From the NCBI GenBank assembly GCA_964247055.1, contig OZ176051.1, forward strand, positions 4,092,001-4,156,000: a stretch of 64,000 nucleotides of DNA, read 5' to 3'. Below are positions 24,093 through 37,888 of the stretch, in pieces (the first letter of the stretch is position 1; each line of letters opens with the position of its first letter). Under the pieces are notes generated by a model, which ran no database searches, had not been told where the DNA came from, and saw only the letters and a program-made list of their open reading frames with translations. The position numbers and the translations under genes are program-made. This DNA is from Paragordius varius (lineage: Eukaryota > Animalia > Nematomorpha).

Positions 24093-26049
24093 TAATTATT
24101 GTATTTAAAAAAGTTTACCTCTCTACTAACAAACATTGCGGTTGTTATAATACATTAAACTTAAGAATATTATATATATATCTCCCATAAATGGTAACAA
24201 TCGTTAATTAAAATTCAAAAACATTATTTGTTATGTGGTTAATTTAATTTTTTACATAAGAATTTAATATAATTAACATTATTTAGCCAAGAATTAAATT
24301 GACATATTGCGTGATTTTTGATTTATTTTGTGAATAAACAGGAAACATTTCCAAACCTAATTATTTTCGGAGGCTAAAGTTTATGTAAAAAAAGCAATTA
24401 TCCCCTTAAGTAATCAAATGCACTCAATTTCATGATTGAAATTAGCAATACCAAAAAATAAGAGATTAATACAAAGTCAATACCTTTTTATTTTATTTCC
24501 ACAATTCAACTTGGCCAATCTAATCTTATTGACAAAATTGTTTTTTTTTGCCAAAACATTATTAGAGAGTAAGTAAATAATAATTAGAATAATTATGCAT
24601 AAATTATAGAAATAAGTGATGTTGTGAATGATGGTAAAATTATTAATTTTTTTATAATATAATTATTGTTGTTAGAGTTATAATAATGGAATGGTCAAAC
24701 CTACAAAACATGCCTGACATATAAACTTATTTTTTTAAAAAAAATTATTTTAGAAACGCGTGATCATTTGCAATTAATAAGAGACGTCTTTATCATAAAC
24801 TAATAATCCCTTTAAAAATAATGTCAACTTTAACTTTCGACTCTGCATTGGTCTTGGAATGTTAATCATTTTTAAAGTAATAATTTGCATATATAATAAA
24901 ATTTTAAACAAAAGCTCCAATAATTTTCTTGGGTTTTGCTTCTGTCTAGGGGTGTAATAATTATGTCACTTTTTGAAACAGGATTCAATTTACGTTTGTT
25001 AAATGTTTTATTTGGTATCAAAAAAAACTTTTTATAATAAAATTTGGTTAAACTCTACTGGCATTAATTAGTTTTAGGCCCTTTGCCTTTATAACATTGG
25101 TAAAATTTAAAATAAATAATTATTTTTTTAATCAAAAAATATCAGGAAGGCTTAGATGTTGAGAGGACACGAATTTTAATCCCAATTTCATAACAATTTT
25201 TTTGTTGTTTTTTCGTATTTTTCATAGGGACACACACACCACGCTAAACAGTTAACCAAAATGTTAGAGGTTTATTTAATTTGTGACTGATTATTTTATT
25301 CATTAATTTTTTTTCTGTTACAGAAACGTTTATCATTTAACCATAGTTTACATTTTTCAATAAACCTTATTATTATAAATTAATAATACACTAATAATAA
25401 AACAAAATCCTTATAATCAATATATATATGTGCATGAAATCATTCAGGCAAATCATTCAAGAACCATGGTGATCTATGCAAAAAAATAAAAAAATGGATT
25501 ACTGCGATAAAAATTGACAAGACGTCTTAATTAAAATTCGTCTCTAATTAAATATGAAAATAATGTGTCAAATTGGCATCCCTAATAATGTTTTTTGGGT
25601 TTTAATAAGTGAAAAATAATCCTAATTTCGAAAATAAATTAAGGAATTTTGCGGATTCTTACTTTATTTAAGGATTTTGAAAAAATATTAACATTTTAAA
25701 ATGCTGTAAAAATAGTCTAACATATTTAAGATCACCTGTCTTTGTTGTTCCCTATTCGGACCTTTTAAATTAATACTTCCACATGGGTAAGCATTATATT
25801 CTCAATAATAAATATAAATGGTTTAAAATTAATTTTATATAACGTTTTAAAAAAATCATCTTTTAACTTTTAGAAAATAGTTATTGATGCGTCTTTAACC
25901 AGTAATCGAGGAAAAATATGTAAATGTATATTTTTTCCTTTTTTCTTGCTTAAACTCTACCCACCATTTTTAAGTATACTAAATACCTACATATATATTA
26001 ACAAATTGACCCTTGTTAATTACATTGCTTTTAACCAAATGTATTTATA

Positions 26050-26936
26050 AGTACCGGTTTGACTAAGGGAAGACTTCAACGAGGAGTACGTATAAGATTG
26101 ATTTGATACAGACCTCAGTTCATCTACTATTATATTCAACATTCACAGTTTAAATTCGCCAAAAACAAGTGTCTTACTTTTATTATTTTAGTAATGTTAA
26201 AATTTGTCCCTGAAAAGAATATTTGCGACACGCATTTATCCAAAGAAAAAGGCACTTGAAAGATATCGTTTGCTGGTCGAAACATATGGTGAACATGCTC
26301 TATAGATTAACATAAGAGCGTAAAAAGTTATAATTCCATCAGAAAGAGTCTGGGCGCTCTAGACCGCACAAGTGCAAGAACGATCAAACACAAGGGTTAT
26401 TGGATTACCCAACTGAAACTCAAGGGCAAGGCAAAGTGCTTCAAACAGACCATGTCAAGCTATTTTGTTTTAAAACCCGGTGAAACCATTAATTATACAA
26501 TGTTATAGCCAACAAATAATTTATTTAAACCATAAACTAATCGAAAAACGACCGAAATAAGCCAGGAGACATGTCAAAGTTTTCATCCATAACAATGATT
26601 TGTCTCACACAAGCCAAACCAGTGAAATACACCTTGAAATGGCTTCGATGGAAAATTTTCCGCATCCGCTGAGCTCTGACCTCGCACCATCTGACTAATT
26701 CATCAATATGGCATACCCTCGCAGAGAAGCACTTTAATAATTTTGAAGAGGTTGGAAAATGCCTTGATGATTGGTTTCCTGCACAAGACAATTATTTTTC
26801 TGTCACGGCATTCTTATACTACTTAAGAGATGGGCAAAATGTGTAGAAGCCAATGGACAATATTTTGAATATAAATAATATCTTTCCGTTCTAATTTTTT
26901 ACTAAAAAACTGGCAAAAACTTATGACTACACCTGG
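26050..26936 (+). mobile_element. Decayed mariner transposon (Mos1/mauritiana-like), internally deleted
   Basis: Frameshifted transposase fragments: MLKFVPEK...LRHAF...LLVETYGEHAL (about 26194-26300), LKPGETIN (about 26470-26495), and DLAPSD...EKHFNNFEEVGKCLDDWF...RWAKCVEANGQYFE (26675-26870). The right TIR reads on the minus strand ta|CCAGGTGTAGTCATAAGTTTTTGCC, resembling the Mos1 CCAGGTGTAC start. The left end is degenerate and approximate. Confidence 0.85.
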
Positions 26937-27719
26937 TACTGTAAAACTTAAATATTATTTACCCGAAATCACAAATGGATGTAGTTGAAAATTTTATGAT
27001 TGCATTACGTTCTAAAAACTAAATGCGGTTTAAATGTGAATTTTAAAGGGGAACGGGCAAAAAACGACAACTCATTTAACCATTTAAATTTAATATTCAA
27101 ATGCAATATTGTCGTGTATAGGGTTAATTTTTTCGCAGGTCAAAAAATAACCGGTTTTATAGCTTATTAGCATTCACGTCATAACAGATCAACAATAGTA
27201 AAAAATCAAAATATATAGTTAATGAGACCAAAACGAACAACCAACATTTTTATAATGATCATAATAAAGAATTCATCCTGTTTATGATAAAATATTGATA
27301 TCTTACAATAAAAATTCATTTGGTGGCACAAATTTTTCAAATCCCCAAATATGGCGTTAAAATAAAGACTCTGAATCAATTAAAGAAAAGCATGAGATTT
27401 AGCATCTATTTTGCCGTAGGCCTTAATTTAAATTATCTCCGGGCTTCAGTGTTAATTAATGTAAAACTAATCCTCAATTGCCTCAAACCAATTTTACATT
27501 GGTCAAATTAGATTTTAATTATAAGGGTAGGTATTTCTTTTTTATGGACTTATAATTTCATCCAAGTAAAAAGAGCCGTATATAAAAAAATACATCGGTT
27601 GAAAGTAGAAAAGAATAAATGTTCCCCTATTAGGACTAAAAAGCATAACAATCATGAGATTTTGTAATCAATCAACAAGTTAACCAAATTATTGCAATAT
27701 ATATATATATATATATATA

Positions 27720-27881
27720 CAGTAGCGTATGCAGTAAAAGAATGTTAGTGCAAAATAATCTTAATGAGGGGGATATTATGGATATGTTTATAAATAGGAC
27801 TGAATGATAATTAATATATGAAAATTGTCCCCCTGTTTAAGATTATTTTGCACTAACAATCTTTTACTGCATACGCCACTG
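27720..27881. mobile_element. 162-bp MITE with ~46-bp TIRs inserted in a (TA)n tract
   Basis: CAGTAGCGTATGCAGTAAAAGAATGTTAGTGCAAAATAATCTTAA ... TTAAGATTATTTTGCACTAACAATCTTTTACTGCATACGCCACTG, flanked on both sides by about 11-12 TA units. Confidence 0.85.
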
Positions 27882-30800
27882 TATATATATATATATATAT
27901 ATATATGGTAATACTATAGGCCATACGTACAACTTAGAGTTTTTTGGAGGTCGGCTTTATAGAGCAGATTATAGTTTAAATTTCTAAATGGACCCTCGGG
28001 TTCACCCTCAAAGTGAACACAAAGTTAAGTTTCAAGTATCTGTAGAATATTCATTATCTTTTAAACAAAAAAGTTTAATTTTATTTTATTAAAGGGATAT
28101 TGAGCCATGTATTTTTCATACAAAAGGATTCATTATTATAGCATGAGCCTACAGAGGTCACTCTATCCGATTGAATGTTTTTTCCATTATCGTACATATA
28201 ACCTATTCGAAAATTCATCATGGAAATTAGACGAAAAATCCAATTATGGAAACATATAAAAAACTGAAAAGGCAGGAATGATTGCGACCTTTTTTATATT
28301 CTGACTGCTAATTAAATATGCAATTTTATGCCATTTTCCTTCTTGATATGATATTAATTCGCTTTTTTGGTTATCTGCATATTTTTACACTTTAGAAAGA
28401 GCAGCCTAATTTTTGTAGTTTAGTTTTTTTTCATACTTTGTTTCATAATGGTTTCAATATTTCAAAACCTTTTAATGTATATACCATATCCTGTCAGTTG
28501 ACTTAAATTAGCATAATTGGACAGAAATTTTGGTTCAATTATGGTATCGTAAAATGCAGAAAAAAGGTAGAAAATATCGTATTTTTTAAGAGTTTTAGTT
28601 TTGCAATATAAAAATGGAAAAAACATAAAAATTATATTCACCCCTCTAAAAAAATTACTATTGAGGTAAGGTCATTAACTATTAACTTTCTTAACTAAAA
28701 TACTCAACAAAACAGTTATATTGGGATTTTTATATATTTTAATGTGGTGTGTATTCTAATTTTTTATTACCCCTCTAAAACGGTATCCTAAAAAATATAT
28801 TTAGAAATAATTTATTTATGCATAACGCTAAAATTTTGCATAATTATTGTGGTAAAAACTTTATGAAAAATAACAGAACATAAAAATTTAATTATGATAT
28901 CTTAATCTCAAATTTCAAACCATGAAAATTACAGTATTTTTTATTTTATGATTTTAATAGACTCATCATTTTTATATAAGTGAAATATGTATAATATGGA
29001 CAAAACTGTAGTTTAGAAGGTTCATACATATCATGTATCATCTAAAGATCATTTCGATCTCTTATGGTTAAAAAAACAAAAGTTAGATATAAAAAATTTA
29101 TTTAATGACCAATTAAATTCCCAATTATATATATAAAGGACAAAATTTAATATTAAGAAAAAAGCAAAGCGCAAGGGGAGAAATGTCTACAATGTTTAAA
29201 AATTATTTTCAATTAAATTATCTATATTGGCAAAATAAAATTTATGGCAGTTTAGAGAATTCAAAATTTATAATTTCAATGAAATTATGCAGAATTTTTC
29301 AAAAAATATTCAAAATATAAGGAAAATTATTTATGAGGGAGGGAAAAGTCAAAAGGCAGCCAAAACATCATAAAATTTTATTTTATTTTTTCAATAAAAT
29401 ATTTTTACAAAACAACATAAAATTTGACATTTTGGATGTTTTTCCTATTTATGTATTGCGTCATTTAAATTAAATATAATGTTAAGTATATATAATTAAA
29501 TATGTAAATTTTAGTGTGCCAAAAAAGTATACACATAAAGGCCAAAATATATGATATATATTAATAAAAACATTTCACACTTAAATATTGATTTTAGCGA
29601 AAAAGTTTGGCCTTGCCATACATATTTGGTTAATAACTAAAAGCCTTAAACATAATGATTGGAATTTTTCTTTTGATTAAAAAATTGAAATGATTTATTT
29701 TTTAATTCCAAGTATGTAATGGATGTTTCTAAAATTTAAAGTCAGAAAAATTCGGGAAAAATTGATTTATTCATTATAGGTCGCCCAAGGAAGCATATTT
29801 TAGTTTCTTTAATATTAGTAGAATATAAACACTCATAATCATAAACCATTTTTCCATACCTTTATTTAATTTTTCCCACATTACCTATTTAAGCACAATT
29901 TTAAATTATAATTTAATCTTTATTCCATATTCTGTAACTAGTGAGTTATATTAAAACTATCAAAGTTGAAAAAGTATGGTTGTATCTACAAAATATGTCT
30001 TTTAGACTTATGTTTTGTCCGTAAAATTATTTACAGTAATTAAAAATCCGGATTATGCAATTACTATCGAATATTTTCGGTAAAATGTTTATATAATGTT
30101 GTGGTGGTAGGGTTTGGTACCAAGATTTTTGTGGGAACAGGATGTCAAACTTTTTGAGTGATTTTATAAAAAATCATTTAAATATAAATTTTAAAAGCTA
30201 CAATATTTTTGTGGCTAATTATTTAATTTACATAAAAATAATTATATTATCGGTTAAAACAACGAATTAGCGAAATCAGATCAGTTTGATCAAACAATAA
30301 AAATTTTGGAAAAATTTCTTTGACTTATTTGGTACGGAACTGGGACCAATAAGATATGATCGAAACCGCTGACTTTTACTCGTAATTTCATGATTCAAAG
30401 ATAAATGCCATTTTTCACATATATCAATTTTTAACAACCATCTTTCAAAATGCTGAGTCTAAATTTTGGATATCTGACGAGGGCTTTAAAACGCTAAGTA
30501 TTTATTAATGGACAGCAAATGCACTCTTGCCGGGTCATTAATAATAATCAATTAATACTAGCTTAAATGGAGATAGAAACTTAATAAAAAACGAATAAAA
30601 ACCGCTTTTTGGTAGTGTTAATTTTTGTAACAAATATGTTGTAATTTAAAAAATCATAGGTTCGTTCATCATGTGATATACAGGTTAATTTTTTTGACTG
30701 GTGTTTTTGAAAGTGTTTACAGTTATCGATAAAAATTGAAATGTGCTTAAATGCGGTTTTGACCAATAACTGATGAAAAAATATTTTTATTTTGTGGATC

Positions 30801-33800
30801 TCAAGTTTTCAAATTTATTATGCGTCATTTAATTTAATCGTCTTCCGAATGTTTGAATAAATATTTTGTACATTATAATTTTTATTGCGAGCTGGTTTTT
30901 TCATCTTTGGGAACAGAATAAAATCTATTTTAATTCATATCTAATCTTTAAGTCACGATTTAGTCAAATCCTTAAAATTACAAATGGTATTAAAAAATTT
31001 AAATTAATTTTGATGTTCACAATGAACATATTTTAAATGCCTTCGCTATCTCAAGATTATAATCTCAAAAATTAAAAAAGTATTTCATGTCCAAAAGGAT
31101 GAAAAGAATTCTAAGAAAACATATATTATATTAAAACAGGGTGGAAACAAACACACAAACATTCAAAGTTTAAATTTAAAGTTTAAAAGATTAAATTTTT
31201 TGGACTGTGCATAAATCTAAATTTTTATTGAATTTTTTAATCTGTGATACAATGTTAACTAAAATTCATTTTCTTGACATTTTAGATTTACACATCAATG
31301 AATATTATTAAGAAAATAAGATTTGATTGTATTGGTTTTTTTAACTGACTGGCAATGTTAGAAATTTCATCAAAATTATTAAATTTTCTCCAATTTTGTG
31401 TAACATGCTTCCGTTAAAATTTATTTTCAAATCAATAGTCAAGAATGCTGTTATGTTTGAAATAATTTGCGCATTTACAATTGATAAAAAAATGAGTTTT
31501 TTTGGCGAGCAACTTATGTGGTCACACTATTCATATGCAATTCTTTAATAAATTTTTGATTAATAATTTAAAAAGGAAACAAAAAAATGAAAACAATAGG
31601 ATGAGACCAAGGATTGGATTATTATAGCCTTCTGCCTTAATAAACAATAAACCAAAATAACACATAAAAACATAGAAATGCGATGTTAATAAATACAAAT
31701 TAATAAATTAGAAAATTAAAAAAATGTCAGGGATTAAAATGATTCACATGATTTCATCTATCTCAGGATACAAAACAAATAAAAAGCAAAAAAATTGGTT
31801 TAAAAGCAATAATACATGAGCGAAACAATACAGTTAGAAATGGTTTCAAATTGATAATTATTTTGAAATTATTTAAATTTATAAAATTGAAAAACAAAAG
31901 TAATACTTTTAAAAATAACCTATATCTGTTTGATGAAGACCTAACATGTGTATATTTTACATAGGCATATGAATTTAATACAAATTACTTAAGTTTGATT
32001 GATTAATAAAAATGTGGTACTATTTGCCGAAAATAAAATGTTTTCATAAAAACAAATCCTTTAAGTTTAAGTCAACTTTTCCAAAAGATTAATTAAAATT
32101 AAACATTGTATGCCTAACATAGGGGTGTTTATTACCTTGCTTTATTCTGGAAAAATAATATATAGAAAAAAAAATATTCGGACCCTAGCAAGAATATAAA
32201 GAAAATTTCTTTTTTCTTACTATAAGCTATCTTATAGAAAACAGAAAATGATATACAATTTTCGAAAAACAGATTTTATAGAGGACTTATAACCACACCC
32301 AATCCCTATTTAATTCTTCAACTGATCAAATTTTTAATATATTTTAATATTATTTTAATTAGGGTTTTGCATATTAGCATTAAAAAACTGAATATACGAA
32401 ATAGCCGAGGCAATAATTAAATATATAAGCTGAAAATCAAAATATTCATCTAAAAATAAGAGGGATGGATCCAATTTTCATAAACATTTTTTGGAACCGA
32501 AACGCAACTTTGTACGCTTTTTATAAATGTATGTAAAAATACATCGATATATTAACATAATAGTATTTGTAATTATTTATTTTTTTTCATGATTTCTGGT
32601 TATCTGATATATTTTAACAGAATCAATTATATGGTTAGATAAGGATAGATGATCGCCTATTTATTGGAGATTGGATGTTGTAGTATTATCCTAGTTAGTT
32701 TTAGGAAGCTCAAGATTTAAACGTAGAAACAATAGTCAGTTAGTTTAATTATATATATGAGAAATCAGTTCTGACGTTAGTATTATGACAATATCAAAAT
32801 TTCAACCAAAAATGATAATTCCGTATAAAACCACTAAGCCATACTGAGTTTAAAACATATATTCTGAAATCTTTTTAGTGGCGATGAAAACCGAACTGTT
32901 TATATCACAGGTCTCTCCTTTCAAAAATCATATTTTTGCTTCTGATTCCCTAATCAATAGAGAATAATCTTTTCACACTAATTTCCAGGCATGATGGATC
33001 ATAGGTAAGCGTCTGTTTGATAAAATCATATAAGTTATGCTTTTGGAACTGGCATGTTCCGACACATTTTGAACCGTGTATAAAGATAAATTAAATAATA
33101 ATGGCCTCTAATTTTAGATCATTTGGATTTTGACTAAAACATATAAAAATAAATTATCTCATAGGCTGTTTAAAAAAGATCTTTAACATTGGGGAACAGA
33201 TCTGTCTGAGTCATACAAATAAAGCCACGTTATTTAAGATAATTTCGATTGATGAAAAAATATATTGTTTGCAAAAATCGACTCACATTTTTGACAATTG
33301 GGAGCGCCATTGAAAAATAAATCATTATTTTTTTCGACAGGGGGAATTTTTTAAATTCATCAATACTTATGCCCTCTGAAATATTCTATAACTTTTACTG
33401 CTAATATTGGTAGGTTTTTTTAACGTATTTACCAATCTTTTAAATGTATCCGTTTGCGATATTTTTTTACAATAGGAGATTGATTTTAAAGAAAGGACAT
33501 TATTTGCCAAAATGAATTATATTTTTCTAACATTATTTATAAAATTCCTTATTAAAAGCATAGTTTTTCATAAAAATTTCAAAATTTGTTGTCAAAAAAT
33601 CGTTTTTTTTAACGAATCGAAGTAGGTGAGATAAAAATTACAAATTATTTATAAATATATAATTATTAGGGACATTGAATCATTTTAGTATTCCATTTTG
33701 AGGTCTGTCATTTAAAAAACGCAAGAAAACTAATGTTCTGATTTTAATATTGAAAGTTAAATCGGAATGAGGGGAAAAGCTATGATAAAATACAAATCGG

Positions 33801-36800
33801 CTACCAGATCATTATATTTTTATAACATTTGCTATCTAAATTAGTAAATTAAAAATCAACCTATTTTTGTTGGATGATAATCAACCCTACACCCTAACCC
33901 TTGTAAAGACAAAATATTAATTTAACCCAAAACCTTGTCTTACAATCATAAACAGTTAAGGAGTATTTATTGTGCACTGTAAGCCATGTTTGTTAATTGC
34001 CAGAAAATTTGAAGAAATTGCAAAAAATGAATGATAAATAGTTTTTTTTCGCATTTTAAATGTAATTATTTAAATCTAAATTTAATTAAAATTTTGAAAT
34101 TCATTCCTTGAAAATTTTGAATAATGAGACCCATGAGAAAATTAAAAATATTTCAAATTCAACCATAATAAAAATAAATCCCTAAAAATGATATTAACAA
34201 TCCTATTTTATTCTAATTAATTACAGTGCTTGATATTTGAATTTTATTAAATTTCAAAATAAATTAATTAATTATCTTTATTAATTATAATAATCTAATC
34301 CAGAATGAATTAATATATTCAAAATATATTTTTCTGTCAAAAGTCGAAAACGACAAATTAATACACATTATTTTTTTAAAAAAATTCATGAATTTAATAA
34401 AAAAAAGGAATATTTTAAAGTTTTGGAATAAATATGAATACATATTATGCCAAATTTTATAACTTTTTTTTAGTTAAAACTCTGATATTTGCAAAATTTT
34501 ACTTATAAACATGAACCGATAGTTTAAAATTATTTTTCCGAAAAAAAAATTATGAAAAAAATTTGATAATAATTATAAGCAATAATTATTAAAATTAGGC
34601 ACTACTAATATAGATATGAAGGACAACAAAAATGTTTAGTTTAAAGTCCAGTGGCACCGGCGACCAATTAAATGCAAAATTTGATAAAAAATCACGTATT
34701 TTTCCCCGTTGCGTTTTGGCTTATTTTTATAAAAAAATATGTTTGTCAGAAATGAAAATTTAAACGACACCAAAAAAGTTGTAGTTAAATCACACTTTGC
34801 TAATTATTTAAATAAAATAAAATAAATTATCTATCCTTTGTTATAACTATAAATTAATCATGGAGACTGACTGCATTTATATTTTTTTGGCAGGCAGATA
34901 TGGTTTAAATTTTAAACTTATTTGCGTAAATTCTAGAGGCAAATGACTTAAAATAATTATGAAAATAAATTATAAACTCTTATGAATCACAATATTTATT
35001 TTATCATCGGTTGTGTCCACTTGTCCTGATACGTGTGTTTAAGCTCTAAAAATTAAATAGTTTTAACGAAAACTTATAAATACATTTTTTTATGCCGAGC
35101 AATTTGAATATTAGAAATATGATTTTAGCCTGCCTGTAAGGTTCATGCGAAACCATTTTCTTGCATTAATCCAGTATTTTATTGAAATCGGAAATAATAA
35201 GTAAATTATTAAGCTAGGCACATTTAAAAGTATAACGAAGGCAGTTAAGTTCATAGAGGGGACTAAAGTCACTAATATTATTACATATTTTAATGGCAAA
35301 ATATGAATGCATTTTTACCTCTAAAATAGAATATATGGTTTTCAAAAAATTGTAAAATTCATATTGAACGCGCAATTAATTATTTGAGTGTATCAAATTT
35401 CGAGTAATTTTCAATGATATTAATAAAGTAATTTAAAATATTATATATTTTAAATTTGAGAGCACATCTCAATTGTCATAAATGAATGGTTTTCTAAAAA
35501 AGTTATTTTATATGGATTTTCTTTCTGGTGATATATGGCATCAAAGATTTTTCTTTATGTGTCAATCACTTCCCTCATTCCTTCTTTTGACTTTTGGCCT
35601 TAAGCTATGTGTCATTCACCAATACTATATATCATTTGTTTAAACTAAAAACTATAAAAACTGATGGACAGACAGTTTTAAAAACAGAAAAATTTGGAAA
35701 TTAAATCAAAATTTGGTGTGTTTTGGTTAGTAAAAACTAAGTTTTATATAAATTTTTTGGGAATTACAACTTAATTATGTTAATAATTTTTTGCAAATAA
35801 GAATCTCTTTCAAAAAAATAGGAAATTCAGAGACTGATAGAATTATTATCATTACTTCCTTTATATATATATATATATTTACATCATTTTTCTTATCAAT
35901 CAAAATTATATTTCGTATTTTATATATTAAATTTTAATCTAAGCTAAGCTAAGCACACCGGAGGAAAACTTTCACCTACATTTTGAACTTTCTCTATGCT
36001 TATATTTCTGTATTTTCTTTCTATACTGGCGTAGATATAATTAGTATATGAACGAAACATTGACATACATTTCAGGATTTTATCTTTTGCAATATATTTA
36101 TATTATTATAAATGTTATCTTTTTTTTTGTTTTAATTATATAATATTTAGTGTAGTGTCGTATATGGAATATGTTACATACCTGACTGAGAACTTTCACT
36201 TTTAAACATTGTTTACCTCGTTTTTTAAAGGTTTTTATTTTCCGTTTTAGATTTCGATTGCGAAACTTCAGAAAAGCAACTTAAATTCTACATTTTATAT
36301 TTTTTTAGTTTTTTTTGCTAAAACATTGAATTTTGATGAAAATTTAAAACCTTGAGAATGAACTTGTGGGAATAGTTTGGAGTTGGCATATGTGAGAAAA
36401 AGAATTTTGGGGTTAATTTTACAAAAAAAAATTTTTTTATTTCTTAAGCAAGTTGTTTAATTGATGGCTGGAATAAACTCTGCGCAAACAATGTAATTAA
36501 CTGCTGTTAGTTTATATTCAAAAATTTGACAAATGTAAAATTTTAATAAAATATTAAACATATATTTTAATGTAATATTTCCTATAAACACAAAGGGAAA
36601 AATAAATTTTACAGAATAAAAGGTCACTGACATTAATTATGTATAAATATATTTATATTTAGCTAAAATAAAATTAGTTTAAATTTACATTTTTGGTGTT
36701 TTAGCTTTTTATTTCAAATTTTGCCCATAAATAAATACAGTGTACATACTACATTGTTGTTTGTTGTTATCCATTTTTTTCATTTTATTTAAATGATAAA

Positions 36801-37888
36801 AAAATATATAACTAAAAGAATTAAATATAAATGTTTAAAACCACATGAGGTTAAAATTTTTGTGCTTAAAATGTAAATTTTTAATTTCTAAAATTGATCA
36901 TTTCATTTGGTTAAAAATACCCTCTGCTTACCCCCTTTAAAACTAACCAACAGCGAGCGCGACATTTTTTATTTCAAAAACCAAAAAAAACATGTTAATT
37001 TTTTTTAGATTTTATATATAACCAAATATCTGTATAATTAATATAAAGGAAAAAAAGACATTTTTTACTACATTATATATATAGTATATATATATATGAT
37101 AGTTTAATTTTATCCTTAGTATATTAAATTAATGTTAAATGTTTGTACCGTTATTTTCATAATAAAAGTGTAAATTAATTATATTATATTTATATATATT
37201 CTTATAAACTTTCTTTTTTTCTTAAAGATTTAATCATAGATATCGACAAAGAAAACGAGTTTTAAACCGCCAAAAAGGAAGCTTTCGGCAATAAAATCTT
37301 TAAAACAATTTGTTTTTTCCCGTTAACCCCTACTGAAAAAAAGAATTTTAACAATTTCCATTTTATTCCTATTTTTTTTCGTAAATTAGTTTTTTTTTTA
37401 AAAAAATTCTTTATGTATATTAGCGACAATTAGCAACTAGCAAACAGCTTAGCATGCAAAACTATTTTACAAATTTCATTTATTATTACTTTTATTCCTA
37501 CCGAATTTGTCAAATATCATTTTTAGCTAGAATTAATTTTTGACATTTGTATTTTATAAAAAAAAATAAAAACCAAAGAATTATCCATTCATTTTAAAGC
37601 AATCATTCGAATCAATAATTTTATTTAATGGCTCTTGCCTACCGATAGAAAGTTTATGAAAATTAAATTCCTTTAACTACTATTTTGGAATAATAGACGT
37701 GTTAAAAAGGTCCAATGCTTTTTGCTTAACTCACTAACTGACTGGCATATTAACACTTTTTCCTTATTTTTCTTCCTCTTTCTTTCGCTATTCTCTGTGA
37801 CTTCAGATCGTCAATATTAAAAGTTTTCCCACTATTTGGTATATTTTATTCTTATTCTCAATGATGATGGCAACTGTATAAAATAAAT

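Noticed and set aside
33040-33085. Possible Tc1-like TIR (CGACACATTTTGAACCGTG|TA)
   Set aside because: No matching partner end was found in the window.
35111-35299. 62-aa hydrophobic ORF (possible small membrane protein)
   Set aside because: No recognisable motif or supporting exons. I/L/F-rich ORFs arise by chance in AT-rich DNA.
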